NCBI GenBank assembly: GCA_963795085.1
Contig: CAWCFX010000003.1
Location: forward strand, 128,001-192,000
Direction of reading: 5' to 3'
Length of the DNA: 64,000 nt
DNA from: an uncultured Gemmatimonadales bacterium
GTDB lineage: Bacteria; Gemmatimonadota; Gemmatimonadetes; Gemmatimonadales; GWC2-71-9
Part shown: one piece after another, positions 49,984 to 59,007 of the stretch
How the letters are laid out: every line of letters starts with the position of its first letter
Numbering within the stretch: the stretch's first letter is position 1
Program-made: the position numbers and the translations under genes
Notes under the pieces: generated by a model
Told to the model about the DNA's origin: nothing
Database searches by the model: none
Seen by the model: only the letters and a program-made list of their open reading frames with translations

Positions 49984-51165
49984 TTACCGCTCGACCGCCC
50001 TGCCGGTTTGCTCGGCCGGGCTGCGGACCCGCGCCGGCCTGTTCTCCGCGATGCCCTGCGCCGAGCCAAGCAGGACGGTATCTCCCGCGGCCACGCCCCG
50101 CAGGATCTCGACCCGTTCGGTGGCCGCGTCCTCCAGCCCGGTCTGCACTTCGACCTGACGGATCCGGCCGTCTTTCAGCAGCGTCACCATGGGCCGAAGC
50201 CCCCGGTCGTCCACCGCTCCCCGGGGGATGACCACCCCGGTCCGGGTCACTGTGACCACCCGGCCCTCGGCGAAGAGACCGCCCACCAGGGTCTGCCCGG
50301 CGTTGGAAACCGTCACGTAAATCCGGACCTGCCGAGTCGCCGGGTCCACCACCGGGTTGATCCGGGTCACCCGGCCGGCGAAGACCTGCCCCGGGTACCC
50401 GGTGACCGCGAAGTTGACGCTCGACCCGACCCGGACGTCTTTCAGGTTCTCGGCGGGGACCGCGGCTTCCAGCCGGAGACTCCCCGGGTCCACCACCGTT
50501 ACGATCGGCGTCCCGGCTTGCACGACATCGCCCACGTCCACCGGGCGGGCGCTCACGATGCCCGCGAAGGGGGCCCGGATCTCGGTGTTGCCGAGCTGCC
50601 GATTCGCCGCGGATAACCGGGCCCTGGCCTCGGCCACCCGGGCTTCGGCGCTGGTGACCTCGAGCTGGGCGTTCTCCAGTTCCCTCGAGGCCACCGCGCC
50701 GGCTTCGGTCAGGCGCCGGGCCCGGTCCTCGTTCCGCCGGGCCAGTACCAATCCCGCCTCGGCGGTGCGGAGTGCCGACTGGCTGGAGACCTGGGCCTCC
50801 CGGACGTTCTCCGCCTCGATCCGCGCCAGCAGCGCGCCCCGCCGCACTGCCTGGCCGGGCTCGACTCCGACCTGCAACACGGTGCCGCTCATCTCCGCCC
50901 GGATATCGGCGGCCCGGTCGGGCTCCAACGAGCCGGAGACCAGCGGCCCGCTCTCCAGCGCGGTCGAATCGGCCACCATGATGTTTTCAGGCCCCAGCGA
51001 AACGACGCTATCGCCGATCCCCGCTTCACCCGCTTCGCCGCTCCTGCCGCACCCGCTCGTGGCTACGAGCGAAGCCGCCACGCCCAGGAGACCCAGCGCT
51101 GACGCCAGCTTGCCCCGCATAGATCGGTCACTCCTTGCATTCGACTGGGTAAACAGCACGGTCAT
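49984..51165 (-). CDS. RND periplasmic adaptor (MFP); start at 51165 or 51120
   Basis: Lipobox-like TSGC, IRAEMSG...G..VRRG, IRAPFAG, VDPATR. Confidence 0.92.
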   Translation of the reverse strand: MTVLFTQSNARSDRSMRGKLASALGLLGVAASLVATSGCGRSGEAGEAGIGDSVVSLGPENIMVADSTALESGPLVSGSLEPDRAADIRAEMSGTVLQVGVEPGQAVRRGALLARIEAENVREAQVSSQSALRTAEAGLVLARRNEDRARRLTEAGAVASRELENAQLEVTSAEARVAEARARLSAANRQLGNTEIRAPFAGIVSARPVDVGDVVQAGTPIVTVVDPGSLRLEAAVPAENLKDVRVGSSVNFAVTGYPGQVFAGRVTRINPVVDPATRQVRIYVTVSNAGQTLVGGLFAEGRVVTVTRTGVVIPRGAVDDRGLRPMVTLLKDGRIRQVEVQTGLEDAATERVEILRGVAAGDTVLLGSAQGIAENRPARVRSPAEQTGRAVER

Positions 51166-52673
51166 CGGCCGGTCCCCGCCGCCCCGGCCAGCCCGCCCAG
51201 CGGAAGGTCCCGAATCAGGTTGACCCGGACCCGCGCCACCTGGAGGTCCCGGGCGGCCATCGCCCGGTTGGCCTGCGCCTGCTGCAGGAGCAACCGTGAA
51301 TCCGAAAGCTCGGTCTGGTTCGAGATGCCTTCCCGGAACCGTATCTCCGCGATCCCGTAGGCCCGCGTCGCCTGTTCCACGACGCCGGCACTCGCGTCCC
51401 ACTGGGCCTGGGCTGCCTCCAGCCGGGCCAGCAGGTCGCGGGTGCCGAGGGCAGCCTGCTCCCGCGTCTGCTCCAGTTGCAGACGGGCTTCGTCGAGGTC
51501 CGCGGCGGCCGCCATCTTTTCGCCCCGGATTCTGCCGCCGGTGAAAAGAGGAACCTCCAGGCGGAGCGCCACGCTCCAGTCCGACCGGAACCCGGCATCG
51601 CCGAGTTCGAAGGTGGAGGGAGGAAACCCGATGCGCGCGTAGGTGGAAGACAGCCGCAGGCTGGGCAGCTGCTGCCCCGAAGCGACCTGCCGGCGCCCCT
51701 CGGCAGCCCGGACCAGTTCCTCCGATTGGCGCACCGCCGCGTTCGCGGCGACCGAGGTGTCGGACGCACCGCCGGGTCCGGGCCCGTCCGCCCCGGTATC
51801 GCCCAGTTCCGTGGTGAGTTCCAGCGGGGCGTCGAGCGGAAGGTCCAGCAGCTGGCGGAGCCGAAGGTGGGCGAGGTCCCGGTCGGTTCGCCGCTGGATC
51901 ACGATGGGACGCTGGTTATCCCGCGTCACCTGGGCCCGCAGCAGGTCGAACTCCGCCACGGTTCCCACCTCCTCGCCCAGCCGGATGTCGCCCAGGGTGC
52001 GCTCCGCCTGCACCAGGGTGGACTCGGCAATCGACAGGAGCCGGTCGCCCAGCACCGCCGCGTAGTATGCCGAGGTCACATCCACGATCACCTGGGCCCG
52101 GCGCGAGACAAGTCCAATCTCCGCCACCCGGCGGACGGCGGCGGCGGACTTCGCCTGCCCGCCCAGCCGGCGGTCGAAGATGGTCTGCGCCAGCGAGAGT
52201 CCGAAGCTGTACTGGTGTTCGCGGCCGAAAGGGAGGTCGCGGAACGCGTCAAACGGATTGGTATTGGAGAGGCATTGCAGGGAACTCTCCAGGGAATCCA
52301 CCCGCTCGCCGATCGGGAGACTGGGGTCGGGCTGGAAGGCCCGGCAGCCGGCCGGGGCACCCGACGTGGTATCGCTCTCGTCCTGGAGAGTGGAGAACTG
52401 GCTCCGCAGGGTCCGGGTGTACGTGGCGCTGCCGGTGAGCTGGGGCCAGTAGCCGCTCCTGGCCTGGAGCTGCTGACCCCGGGCCCGATCCACGGCGGCC
52501 CGGGCGATCCCTACCGTTTCGCTGGCATCCTCGGCGAGGGCGATCGCCGCGGCGAGGGAGAGAACCTGGGGGGAAGAGGGCGCAACCTGCGCAGATATCG
52601 TCCCCCCCGTTCCAGCGCCCAGCGCGATTACCAGGAACCCCGGAATCGGGGCCCTCAGCCTGAATATCGTCAT
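51162..52673 (-). CDS. TolC family outer membrane efflux protein
   Basis: Signal peptide, two OEP-like repeats (YWPQL, QLPSL, VPLFTGG). Confidence 0.92.
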   Translation of the reverse strand: MTIFRLRAPIPGFLVIALGAGTGGTISAQVAPSSPQVLSLAAAIALAEDASETVGIARAAVDRARGQQLQARSGYWPQLTGSATYTRTLRSQFSTLQDESDTTSGAPAGCRAFQPDPSLPIGERVDSLESSLQCLSNTNPFDAFRDLPFGREHQYSFGLSLAQTIFDRRLGGQAKSAAAVRRVAEIGLVSRRAQVIVDVTSAYYAAVLGDRLLSIAESTLVQAERTLGDIRLGEEVGTVAEFDLLRAQVTRDNQRPIVIQRRTDRDLAHLRLRQLLDLPLDAPLELTTELGDTGADGPGPGGASDTSVAANAAVRQSEELVRAAEGRRQVASGQQLPSLRLSSTYARIGFPPSTFELGDAGFRSDWSVALRLEVPLFTGGRIRGEKMAAAADLDEARLQLEQTREQAALGTRDLLARLEAAQAQWDASAGVVEQATRAYGIAEIRFREGISNQTELSDSRLLLQQAQANRAMAARDLQVARVRVNLIRDLPLGGLAGAAGTGR

Positions 52674-52680
52674 GGTCCCT

Positions 52681-53325
52681 TTAATGGCGCTCCACGCCCG
52701 GCGCGTGGGTCAGCCCGGCGATGATAAAGTCGGTAATGACCGCCAGAAGTTCCTCCGGCGATTGCTGCCCCCGCTCCAGGCAGCCGCCCCGTACCAGGCG
52801 AATAGCGCCCACCAGCGCTGACTGCGCCCCGAAGAGCAGGTTCCGCGGCGTACTGCCGGCGGGAAAGAGCCCCTCCCGTATACCCCGCTCCATGAGCGAG
52901 GTTACCAGCAGGTGCAGTTCGTCATCCAGCCGGCGGATCTCTTCCCGGGTTGCCTCGCTGATACTGCTGCGAAAATCCTCGCGGTCGCAGTACTGCACCA
53001 GCCGGTGATACTTCTCGCTGTCGACGTGGGTTTCCCAGAATACCCGGACCAGCGCCCGCAGACGCCCGATGACATCGAGGGCTGGATCAATGGCTCGTAG
53101 TCGCTCCAGCAGCTGACGGTTAAAGTCCAGCGCCAGACGGGCGTAGAGATCCTCCTTGCTGGGGAAGTGCTTGTAGATGGTGCCTTTCCCGATCTCGGAG
53201 GCCTGGGCCACCTCCTCGATGGTGACCGCCTGCCAATCGTCCCGGTCGAACAAGGCAAGCGCCGCCCCGAGAATCTCCTGCTCTCGGCGCTGGAACTCCC
53301 GCTCTTTCCGTTCCGGTATCCCCAT
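52681..53325 (-). CDS. TetR/AcrR family regulator
   Basis: HTH VTIEEVAQASEIGKGTIYKHFPSKEDL. Confidence 0.95.
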   Translation of the reverse strand: MGIPERKEREFQRREQEILGAALALFDRDDWQAVTIEEVAQASEIGKGTIYKHFPSKEDLYARLALDFNRQLLERLRAIDPALDVIGRLRALVRVFWETHVDSEKYHRLVQYCDREDFRSSISEATREEIRRLDDELHLLVTSLMERGIREGLFPAGSTPRNLLFGAQSALVGAIRLVRGGCLERGQQSPEELLAVITDFIIAGLTHAPGVERH

Positions 53326-53358
53326 ATATTCCCAAACCCCATGCCGTGAACGCGGGTA

Positions 53359-53386
53359 ACAATATGACCGCTGGTCACAAAGTCAA
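53359..53386 (-). promoter_or_regulatory. Efflux operon promoter with palindromic operator
   Basis: Minus strand TTGACT-N16-TATTGT; TGACC-GCT-GGTCA at 53365-53377 in the spacer. Confidence 0.7.
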
Positions 53387-53493
53387 GGAACGATCCTTCC
53401 CGGGAGAGAGGCGGGACGCGGGTGGGCGGCGCAGTTGGCAGCTCCCTGCTCACTTCTTACTGCTGACTTATTGGCTGATTAGCTTAGGGTTGG

Positions 53494-53580
53494 GGCGTGG
53501 TGGCCGAGCGGTTTAAGGCAGCGGTCTTGAAAACCGCCAAGGGGGAAACTCCTTCGTGAGTTCGAATCTCACCCACGCCG
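53494..53580 (+). tRNA. tRNA-Ser(TGA)
   Basis: GGCGTGG/CCACGCC acceptor, GCGGT-CTTGAAA-ACCGC anticodon arm, long variable arm, G73; no encoded CCA. Confidence 0.95.
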
Positions 53581-53637
53581 TTTTTTCGGCAGTGACCGCC
53601 ATTTTCGTAGATGGGAATCTCACTCAACATCTTAGCA

Positions 53638-54273
53638 TCAGTGCCGAGCGCTGCAGCTGCTGCAGGGCGGCGGGCGATTCACGCAGCGCGCCGATCGCAC
53701 ATTCCCATCGGCGTCTTCCAGCCGCCAGACCGCGCTGTCCGCCGGCACCCCGGCGAGCGGAACGTGGGCCAGCCAGGTGAGATTGTCTACCGGCGTCCAG
53801 CTCCAGTCGTAGGCCTCGAGGACCACCCTGTTCTGGTTCCGCAGCACGGTGATGGTGGACTGGCTGCGCCGGTTGAGGGTCTTGCGGCCCTGCAGGTCCA
53901 CGATCCGGGCCGTGAGCAGGTCAGCGCTGAACACACAGGACACGAGGTAGGGCGCCTCGCCCCGGAGCTGGTGCCGCCGGTCCTCGTCCCGGTAGATATG
54001 GAGCGGGATATCAAAGGGCTCGAAGCGGTGATCCACCACCGCGATGGAGAACCGGCCGGCCCGGTGCCTGGTCTGGAAGGCGCCGAAGGAATTGGTGACA
54101 ACCGCACTGTCCCCGACCAGGACCCGGACGCCGGCCAGGGGCAGGTTCAGTACCGAATCCTCGAGGTATCCGGCGATCTGGAACGTCCGCTCCGGAGGGG
54201 GGCCGGGTTCGACGGAATCGCTGCCACCGCCGCAGGCGGCGCAGAGCACAAAGAGAAAAAGAGTCTGCCGCAT
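53638..54273 (-). CDS. Hypothetical lipoprotein
   Basis: MRQTLFLFVLCAAC lipobox; carboxypeptidase-regulatory-like G.L.D....PL.GV.V pattern; Cys-rich tail. Confidence 0.7.
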   Translation of the reverse strand: MRQTLFLFVLCAACGGGSDSVEPGPPPERTFQIAGYLEDSVLNLPLAGVRVLVGDSAVVTNSFGAFQTRHRAGRFSIAVVDHRFEPFDIPLHIYRDEDRRHQLRGEAPYLVSCVFSADLLTARIVDLQGRKTLNRRSQSTITVLRNQNRVVLEAYDWSWTPVDNLTWLAHVPLAGVPADSAVWRLEDADGNVRSARCVNRPPPCSSCSARH

Positions 54274-54407
54274 AGGAGCCTCCCGGGGTGCCGTGGCGCC
54301 ACGTCTCCACGATACAGCCGGGTGCACCGGTGCGCCAGAGAGCGGGCGCCCAAATGCATCTCTCGCCTTGCGTTCAGGCCCCCTGCCTGTCAATTTCCTC
54401 CCTCGCT

Positions 54408-54498
54408 GGAGCGATGGCCGAGTGGCTGAAGGCGGCGGTTTGCTAAACCGTTATAGGGTTGAAAAGCCCTATCGAGGGTTCGAATCCCTCTCGCTCCG
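54408..54498 (+). tRNA. tRNA-Ser(GCT)
   Basis: GGAGCGA/TCGCTCC acceptor, GCGGT-TTGCTAA-ACCGT anticodon arm, long variable arm, G73; no encoded CCA. Confidence 0.95.
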
Positions 54499-54505
54499 TC
54501 CTTGG

Positions 54506-54568
54506 GTGAGCAGTGAGCAGTCAGCAATGAGCGGGGGCTGTCCCGCTCAAGGCTCTCCGCTCACTGCT
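54506..54568. repeat. Heptamer repeats within a nested hairpin after tRNA-Ser(GCT)
   Basis: GTGAGCA GTGAGCA GTCAGCA ATGAGCG; AGCAGTGAGC pairs with GCTCACTGCT; TGAGCGGG pairs with CCCGCTCA. Confidence 0.7.
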
Positions 54569-54594
54569 TGCTACTTTTACAGGGCCACCCACCT

Positions 54595-56019
54595 ATGGCT
54601 GGAATCCGAGTTCGCTTCGCTCCGTCTCCCACCGGCTACCTCCATGTCGGCGGGGCCCGCACGGCCCTCTTCAACTGGCTGTTCGCGAAGAAGACCGGGG
54701 GTGTTTTCATCCTCCGGATCGAGGATACCGACCGGGAACGGAGCACCGAGGCTCACACCCAGGTGATTCTCGACGGCCTCGCATGGCTCGGTATCCAGTG
54801 GGACGAAGGCCCCTGCTTCCAGGGCGGCTACACCGACCGGCACCGGGCTGACGCCGGGCGCCTGCTGGCCGAAGGCAAGGCCTATCGGTGTTTTTGCACC
54901 AAAGAGGAGCTGGAGGCGCAGCGGAAAGCCACCGTCGCCGGGTCGGAAGCCTTTCGCTACGACCGGCGCTGCCATCGGCTCAGTGCACCGGACGTCGCCG
55001 AACGGCAGGCCCGCGGTATCCCCAGCGTCATTCGTTTCCTTATGCCGGACGAGGAAATCGCCTGGGAGGATGCGGTGCACGGTCGGATCAGCTTCCAGGG
55101 CCGGGACCTGGATGACCTGGTCATTCTCCGGAGCGACGGCAGCCCGATCTACAATCTCGCCGTGGTCTCCGACGATATCGCCATGCGGATCACCCACGTC
55201 ATCCGGGGCGATGACCATATCTCCAATACCCCGAAACAGGTCGCGCTCTACCGGGCGCTGGAACAGCCGCTTCCGGTGTTCGCCCATGTGCCCATGATCC
55301 TGGGAAGCGATGGGAAGAAGCTGTCCAAGCGCCACGGGGCCACCGCGGTGGGAGATTACCAGGACAAGGGGATTCTCCCGCTGGCCATGCGGAACTTCCT
55401 GGCCCTCCTGGGCTGGTCGCCCGGCGGCGACCGCGAGATCATGGCGGAGGCAGACATGATCGCCCTCTTCAGCCTTGAGGGAATCCAGAAAAAACCCGCG
55501 GTCTTCGACACCACCAAGCTGGAGTGGATGAACGGCCAGTACCTGTCGGCCCTGCCGGCCAGTGAACTGCTGGGGCCGGTGCGGCGGGAACTGGACCGGA
55601 TGGGGGTCACCCCCGCCAACCGGCCGCTGGAGCCGCTGATCGATACCGTGAAGGCCCGCTCCCGCACCATCCTCGATATCGCAACCCAGGTGGCGGTGCG
55701 GCTGGACGGTGGCCGGGTGATCCTGGACGAGAAATCGGAGCAGTTCCGCCACAAGCTGGGCGAGGGGTTCCGCCGCAACCTCGCCCTCGCGGCGGCCGCC
55801 CTGGAGACGGTCCCCGCCGAGGATTGGAATGCCGAGCGGGTGCTGCAGGCCATCAAGGGAACCGCGGAGGAGCACCAGGTGAAGCTGGGCGATGCCATGC
55901 AGCCAATCCGGATCGCCTTGACCGGGACCACCGTCTCGGAGCCAGTCAACGAGTTGCTCGCGGTGATAGGACGGGATGACAGTATCGAGCGTCTTCGCCG
56001 GTTCGCCTCTGCATCCTAG
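54595..56019 (+). CDS. gltX: Glutamate--tRNA ligase
   Basis: RFAPSPTGYLHVGG, LRIEDTD, CFC...YDRRC, RGDDH, KLSKR. Confidence 0.98.
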   Translation: MAGIRVRFAPSPTGYLHVGGARTALFNWLFAKKTGGVFILRIEDTDRERSTEAHTQVILDGLAWLGIQWDEGPCFQGGYTDRHRADAGRLLAEGKAYRCFCTKEELEAQRKATVAGSEAFRYDRRCHRLSAPDVAERQARGIPSVIRFLMPDEEIAWEDAVHGRISFQGRDLDDLVILRSDGSPIYNLAVVSDDIAMRITHVIRGDDHISNTPKQVALYRALEQPLPVFAHVPMILGSDGKKLSKRHGATAVGDYQDKGILPLAMRNFLALLGWSPGGDREIMAEADMIALFSLEGIQKKPAVFDTTKLEWMNGQYLSALPASELLGPVRRELDRMGVTPANRPLEPLIDTVKARSRTILDIATQVAVRLDGGRVILDEKSEQFRHKLGEGFRRNLALAAAALETVPAEDWNAERVLQAIKGTAEEHQVKLGDAMQPIRIALTGTTVSEPVNELLAVIGRDDSIERLRRFASAS

Positions 56020-57202
56020 TCGTGGCCCTGCCGCCCTGCTGCTGCTGGCGGCGGCGGCCTGCGCCCCGGCGGCGGCGCCGCCGCCAGAACCCATCCCGCT
56101 GGTTCGCGATTCGGTCCTGGCCCCCGATACCGTGGCGAGGGCCGTGCCTGCCCCCGCGCCGTCGCTCCCGCCCGCCCCCAGGCGCGCCGCCCTTCCTGTC
56201 CGCCTCAGCTTCACCGGCGACATCAACCTCGGCACCAGCACCCTTCCCGGAGGGATCCCGCCCGATGAGGGCCGGGGCCTGCTGGACGCGGTGAAACCGC
56301 TGCTGGCCGCCGACCTGGTCGTCGGCAACCTCGAAGGCGTTCTCGCGGACACGGGGACCACCACCAAGTGCGACCCGCCCGGCCCGGATCGGCGCCGGAC
56401 CCCGCCGCCACCACCACGCGCCAACTGTTACGTTTTCCTCACTCCGACCGCCCTGGCTCCCCGGCTTCGGGAAGCCGGGTTCACCCATCTCAACCTCGCC
56501 AACAACCACGCCCACGACTACGGGCTGGCCGGCCGCCTCAGCACCGAGGCCACGCTGCGGGCGCTCGGCCTCAAGGTGTACGGCCCCGCAGGGCAGGTCA
56601 GCATCGATACGCTGCGCGCCGGCGACAGCCTGACCGTCATCGGCCTCATCGGCTTCAGTACCTATCCGTCAGCGCCCAACCTGCTGGACCTCGACGCCAG
56701 TGCGGCCCTGGTGGATTCCATCAGCCGCGACGTCGACCTTGTCGTGGTGACGTTTCATGGCGGCAACGAGGGGGCCGGGGCGCTCAACGTGGCGGACGGG
56801 CCGGAATTCCTGGGCCGGGAGCCGCGGGGCGATCTCCGGCGGTGGGCCCGGGTGGTGATCGACGCGGGGGCCGACCTGGTGGTGGGACACGGGCCCCACG
56901 TGCTCCGCGGCATCGAGTTCTACCGCGGCCGCCCGGTGGTGTACTCGCTGGGCAATTTCCTTACCTACCGGGGCTTCAGCCTGTCGGGTCCCCTCGGCAT
57001 CACCGCCATCTTTACGGCCGAACTGTCCGGCGACGGGACGTTCCGGAACGGCCGGATCGTTCCCCTCCACCAGCCCCCGCGTCAAGGGCCCCGCCGTGAT
57101 GCCGCCAGCCGGGCCCTGGAGTTGATGCAACGACTGTCACGCGAAGACTTCGGGCCGGGTGCGGCCCGGATTACTCCGGAGGGGGAAGTGCTGGAGAATT
57201 GA
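55976..57202 (+). CDS. CapA family metallophosphatase-fold protein, probable lipoprotein (start uncertain)
   Basis: FTGDINL, GNLEG, ANNHAHDYG, FHGGNE, GHGPHV, YSLGNF. Confidence 0.88.
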   Translation: MTVSSVFAGSPLHPSRGPAALLLLAAAACAPAAAPPPEPIPLVRDSVLAPDTVARAVPAPAPSLPPAPRRAALPVRLSFTGDINLGTSTLPGGIPPDEGRGLLDAVKPLLAADLVVGNLEGVLADTGTTTKCDPPGPDRRRTPPPPPRANCYVFLTPTALAPRLREAGFTHLNLANNHAHDYGLAGRLSTEATLRALGLKVYGPAGQVSIDTLRAGDSLTVIGLIGFSTYPSAPNLLDLDASAALVDSISRDVDLVVVTFHGGNEGAGALNVADGPEFLGREPRGDLRRWARVVIDAGADLVVGHGPHVLRGIEFYRGRPVVYSLGNFLTYRGFSLSGPLGITAIFTAELSGDGTFRNGRIVPLHQPPRQGPRRDAASRALELMQRLSREDFGPGAARITPEGEVLEN

Positions 57203-57241
57203 TCTCCGGTTTCCTCCACTCCCCGGTTCGACTCAATTCTC

Positions 57242-58942
57242 TCACTCCCCCCTCATCCCCGGCACCGGGCTACCCCGGATCACCGGCACCGGCCCCACTG
57301 GGAGCGGCGTGAAGTCGATCTTGGCCACTCCGGCCAGCAGGTGGGTGTTGCTGGTGTCGTAGAAGAGCGGAGCGTCGTTGGGCCCCAGAACCATCTCCGA
57401 GGCGCAGGCGATACGGACGCTGCTCACCTGGGCGGTGACCTGGTGGGCCCGGATGGATGCCGAGGGAATCGTCACGTAGCCGCAGTCCCATTCCAGCCCC
57501 ACGTTGGTGAGCTGGGCGCCCATGTCGCGCAGGAACTGGTTCTCGATCGCGATCCCCGCCGTGGTGTAGAACGGCTCCCGCTCCCCGATGTAGATGATCC
57601 GGCCGCCTTGCGCCGCGAAGGCCTTGAAGGCGTTGATCTCGGTGCGCCCGTAACTCACCAGGGGCATCCACAGGACCATGACCTTCACGTTGACGGGAAT
57701 CGAACTGAATGTCGTCAGGGTGTCGAACTTGACGATCTGAAACCCCTGCGCCACGATGACAGAATCGAGCCGGGCCTTTTCCTGGTCGGCGCATTCCCCG
57801 TTCTGGAAGCAGGGCGAGTTCCGTCCCCGGTCGTAATACACCACCCGGCCATTGTTCCGGATGCCGGGGCTCTGGAAGTTTACCAGGTTGCGAACCATTC
57901 GCGCGTTGCCCGGGTAGGAGTCGGGCTGCATCGGGATCAGGTCGAAGATGTTCTGGTCGTTGATCACGATCACGTCCCCGCCCGCCGACGGCACCGTGCT
58001 GATGACCACGGTGGCGCAGCCGTTCTGGGTGGGCTGTGCGGACGAGCGGGCGCAGACCTGGAAGCGGGACGGATTGGGCACCGCGCTGGGCGCGGTGTAG
58101 AACCCGGAGGAGTCAATGGTGCCAAAGGTGGGGTTGCCACCGTCTACGCCGTTGACCGACCAGATATAGACGGCCGGCGGACCGACGGTCACCGTGAATT
58201 GCTGCTGGCCGCCCGGCAATTTCTCCACCGAGTCGGGGGTGATGCCCAGGGCGGCGCTGCCCAGGATCGTGAGGGTCGTCTGGGCAATGGTGCCGTTGGG
58301 CGTCAGCGCCGTGACGTCGATTTTCTTGGTGATATCCGGCGCGCGAACCAGGCCCAGCGCGTTGATGGCCACCCGCGGGTCTGAGGTGGACCAGGAGACA
58401 TAGAAGTTGGCAACCGGCTGCTGGCTCGAATCAATGGCGGTGACGAGGTATTCGAGGGAATCACCGGCGTTCAGGGTATCGTCCACCGGCGAGAGATTCA
58501 GGCCGGCGATGTTCCCGCCCGGTCCGATATACAACAAGGGAACCGAGGGGGCCGTGGCCGCAGGAGCACCTACCCGTGCCTCCACTCTTACCTGGCCCCG
58601 GAACAGCACCACGCCCTGGGTGGTCCGGTATTCCAGCACCGCCAGCAGCGACTCGGCCTGGCTGGTCAGGGCCACCGCCAGGCTGAACCGTACGCTGGAA
58701 CTGTCCAGCGGGAGCGTGCGGGTAAGGGTCCCGATGGTGTCCCCCGGCGGCCGGACCAGCGCGAGCCGCACCTGCTCAATGGCCAGGTTGCTCGCGAACA
58801 GCTGGTACTGGGGAGGGATGTCACCCCGGAGGCTGAAGCTGACGATGCCGGGTACGCCGGTGGCATCGGAGGCGCGGTCGAGGCTGCAACGCGAAAACAG
58901 CGCTACGACGGCAACGCCCAGCAGGATGTGGCGGATTCGCAT
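57242..58942 (-). CDS. Ig-like domain lipoprotein (paralog A)
   Basis: MRIRHILLGVAVVALFSRC signal; Ig-like segments (VSWSTSDP, WSVNGVDGGN...G.YTAP); C-terminal alpha/beta domain. Confidence 0.75.
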   Translation of the reverse strand: MRIRHILLGVAVVALFSRCSLDRASDATGVPGIVSFSLRGDIPPQYQLFASNLAIEQVRLALVRPPGDTIGTLTRTLPLDSSSVRFSLAVALTSQAESLLAVLEYRTTQGVVLFRGQVRVEARVGAPAATAPSVPLLYIGPGGNIAGLNLSPVDDTLNAGDSLEYLVTAIDSSQQPVANFYVSWSTSDPRVAINALGLVRAPDITKKIDVTALTPNGTIAQTTLTILGSAALGITPDSVEKLPGGQQQFTVTVGPPAVYIWSVNGVDGGNPTFGTIDSSGFYTAPSAVPNPSRFQVCARSSAQPTQNGCATVVISTVPSAGGDVIVINDQNIFDLIPMQPDSYPGNARMVRNLVNFQSPGIRNNGRVVYYDRGRNSPCFQNGECADQEKARLDSVIVAQGFQIVKFDTLTTFSSIPVNVKVMVLWMPLVSYGRTEINAFKAFAAQGGRIIYIGEREPFYTTAGIAIENQFLRDMGAQLTNVGLEWDCGYVTIPSASIRAHQVTAQVSSVRIACASEMVLGPNDAPLFYDTSNTHLLAGVAKIDFTPLPVGPVPVIRGSPVPGMRGE

Positions 58943-59007
58943 AGAAGACCAGGGTGAAGGCTCCGCGTAAAGTGCAGGCGGACGGCCTCGATTGACAAGG
59001 GGCTGGG

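Noticed and set aside
46681..53386. TetR-TolC-MFP-RND operon as a novel system
   Set aside because: Standard tripartite efflux architecture; the substrate cannot be inferred from sequence.
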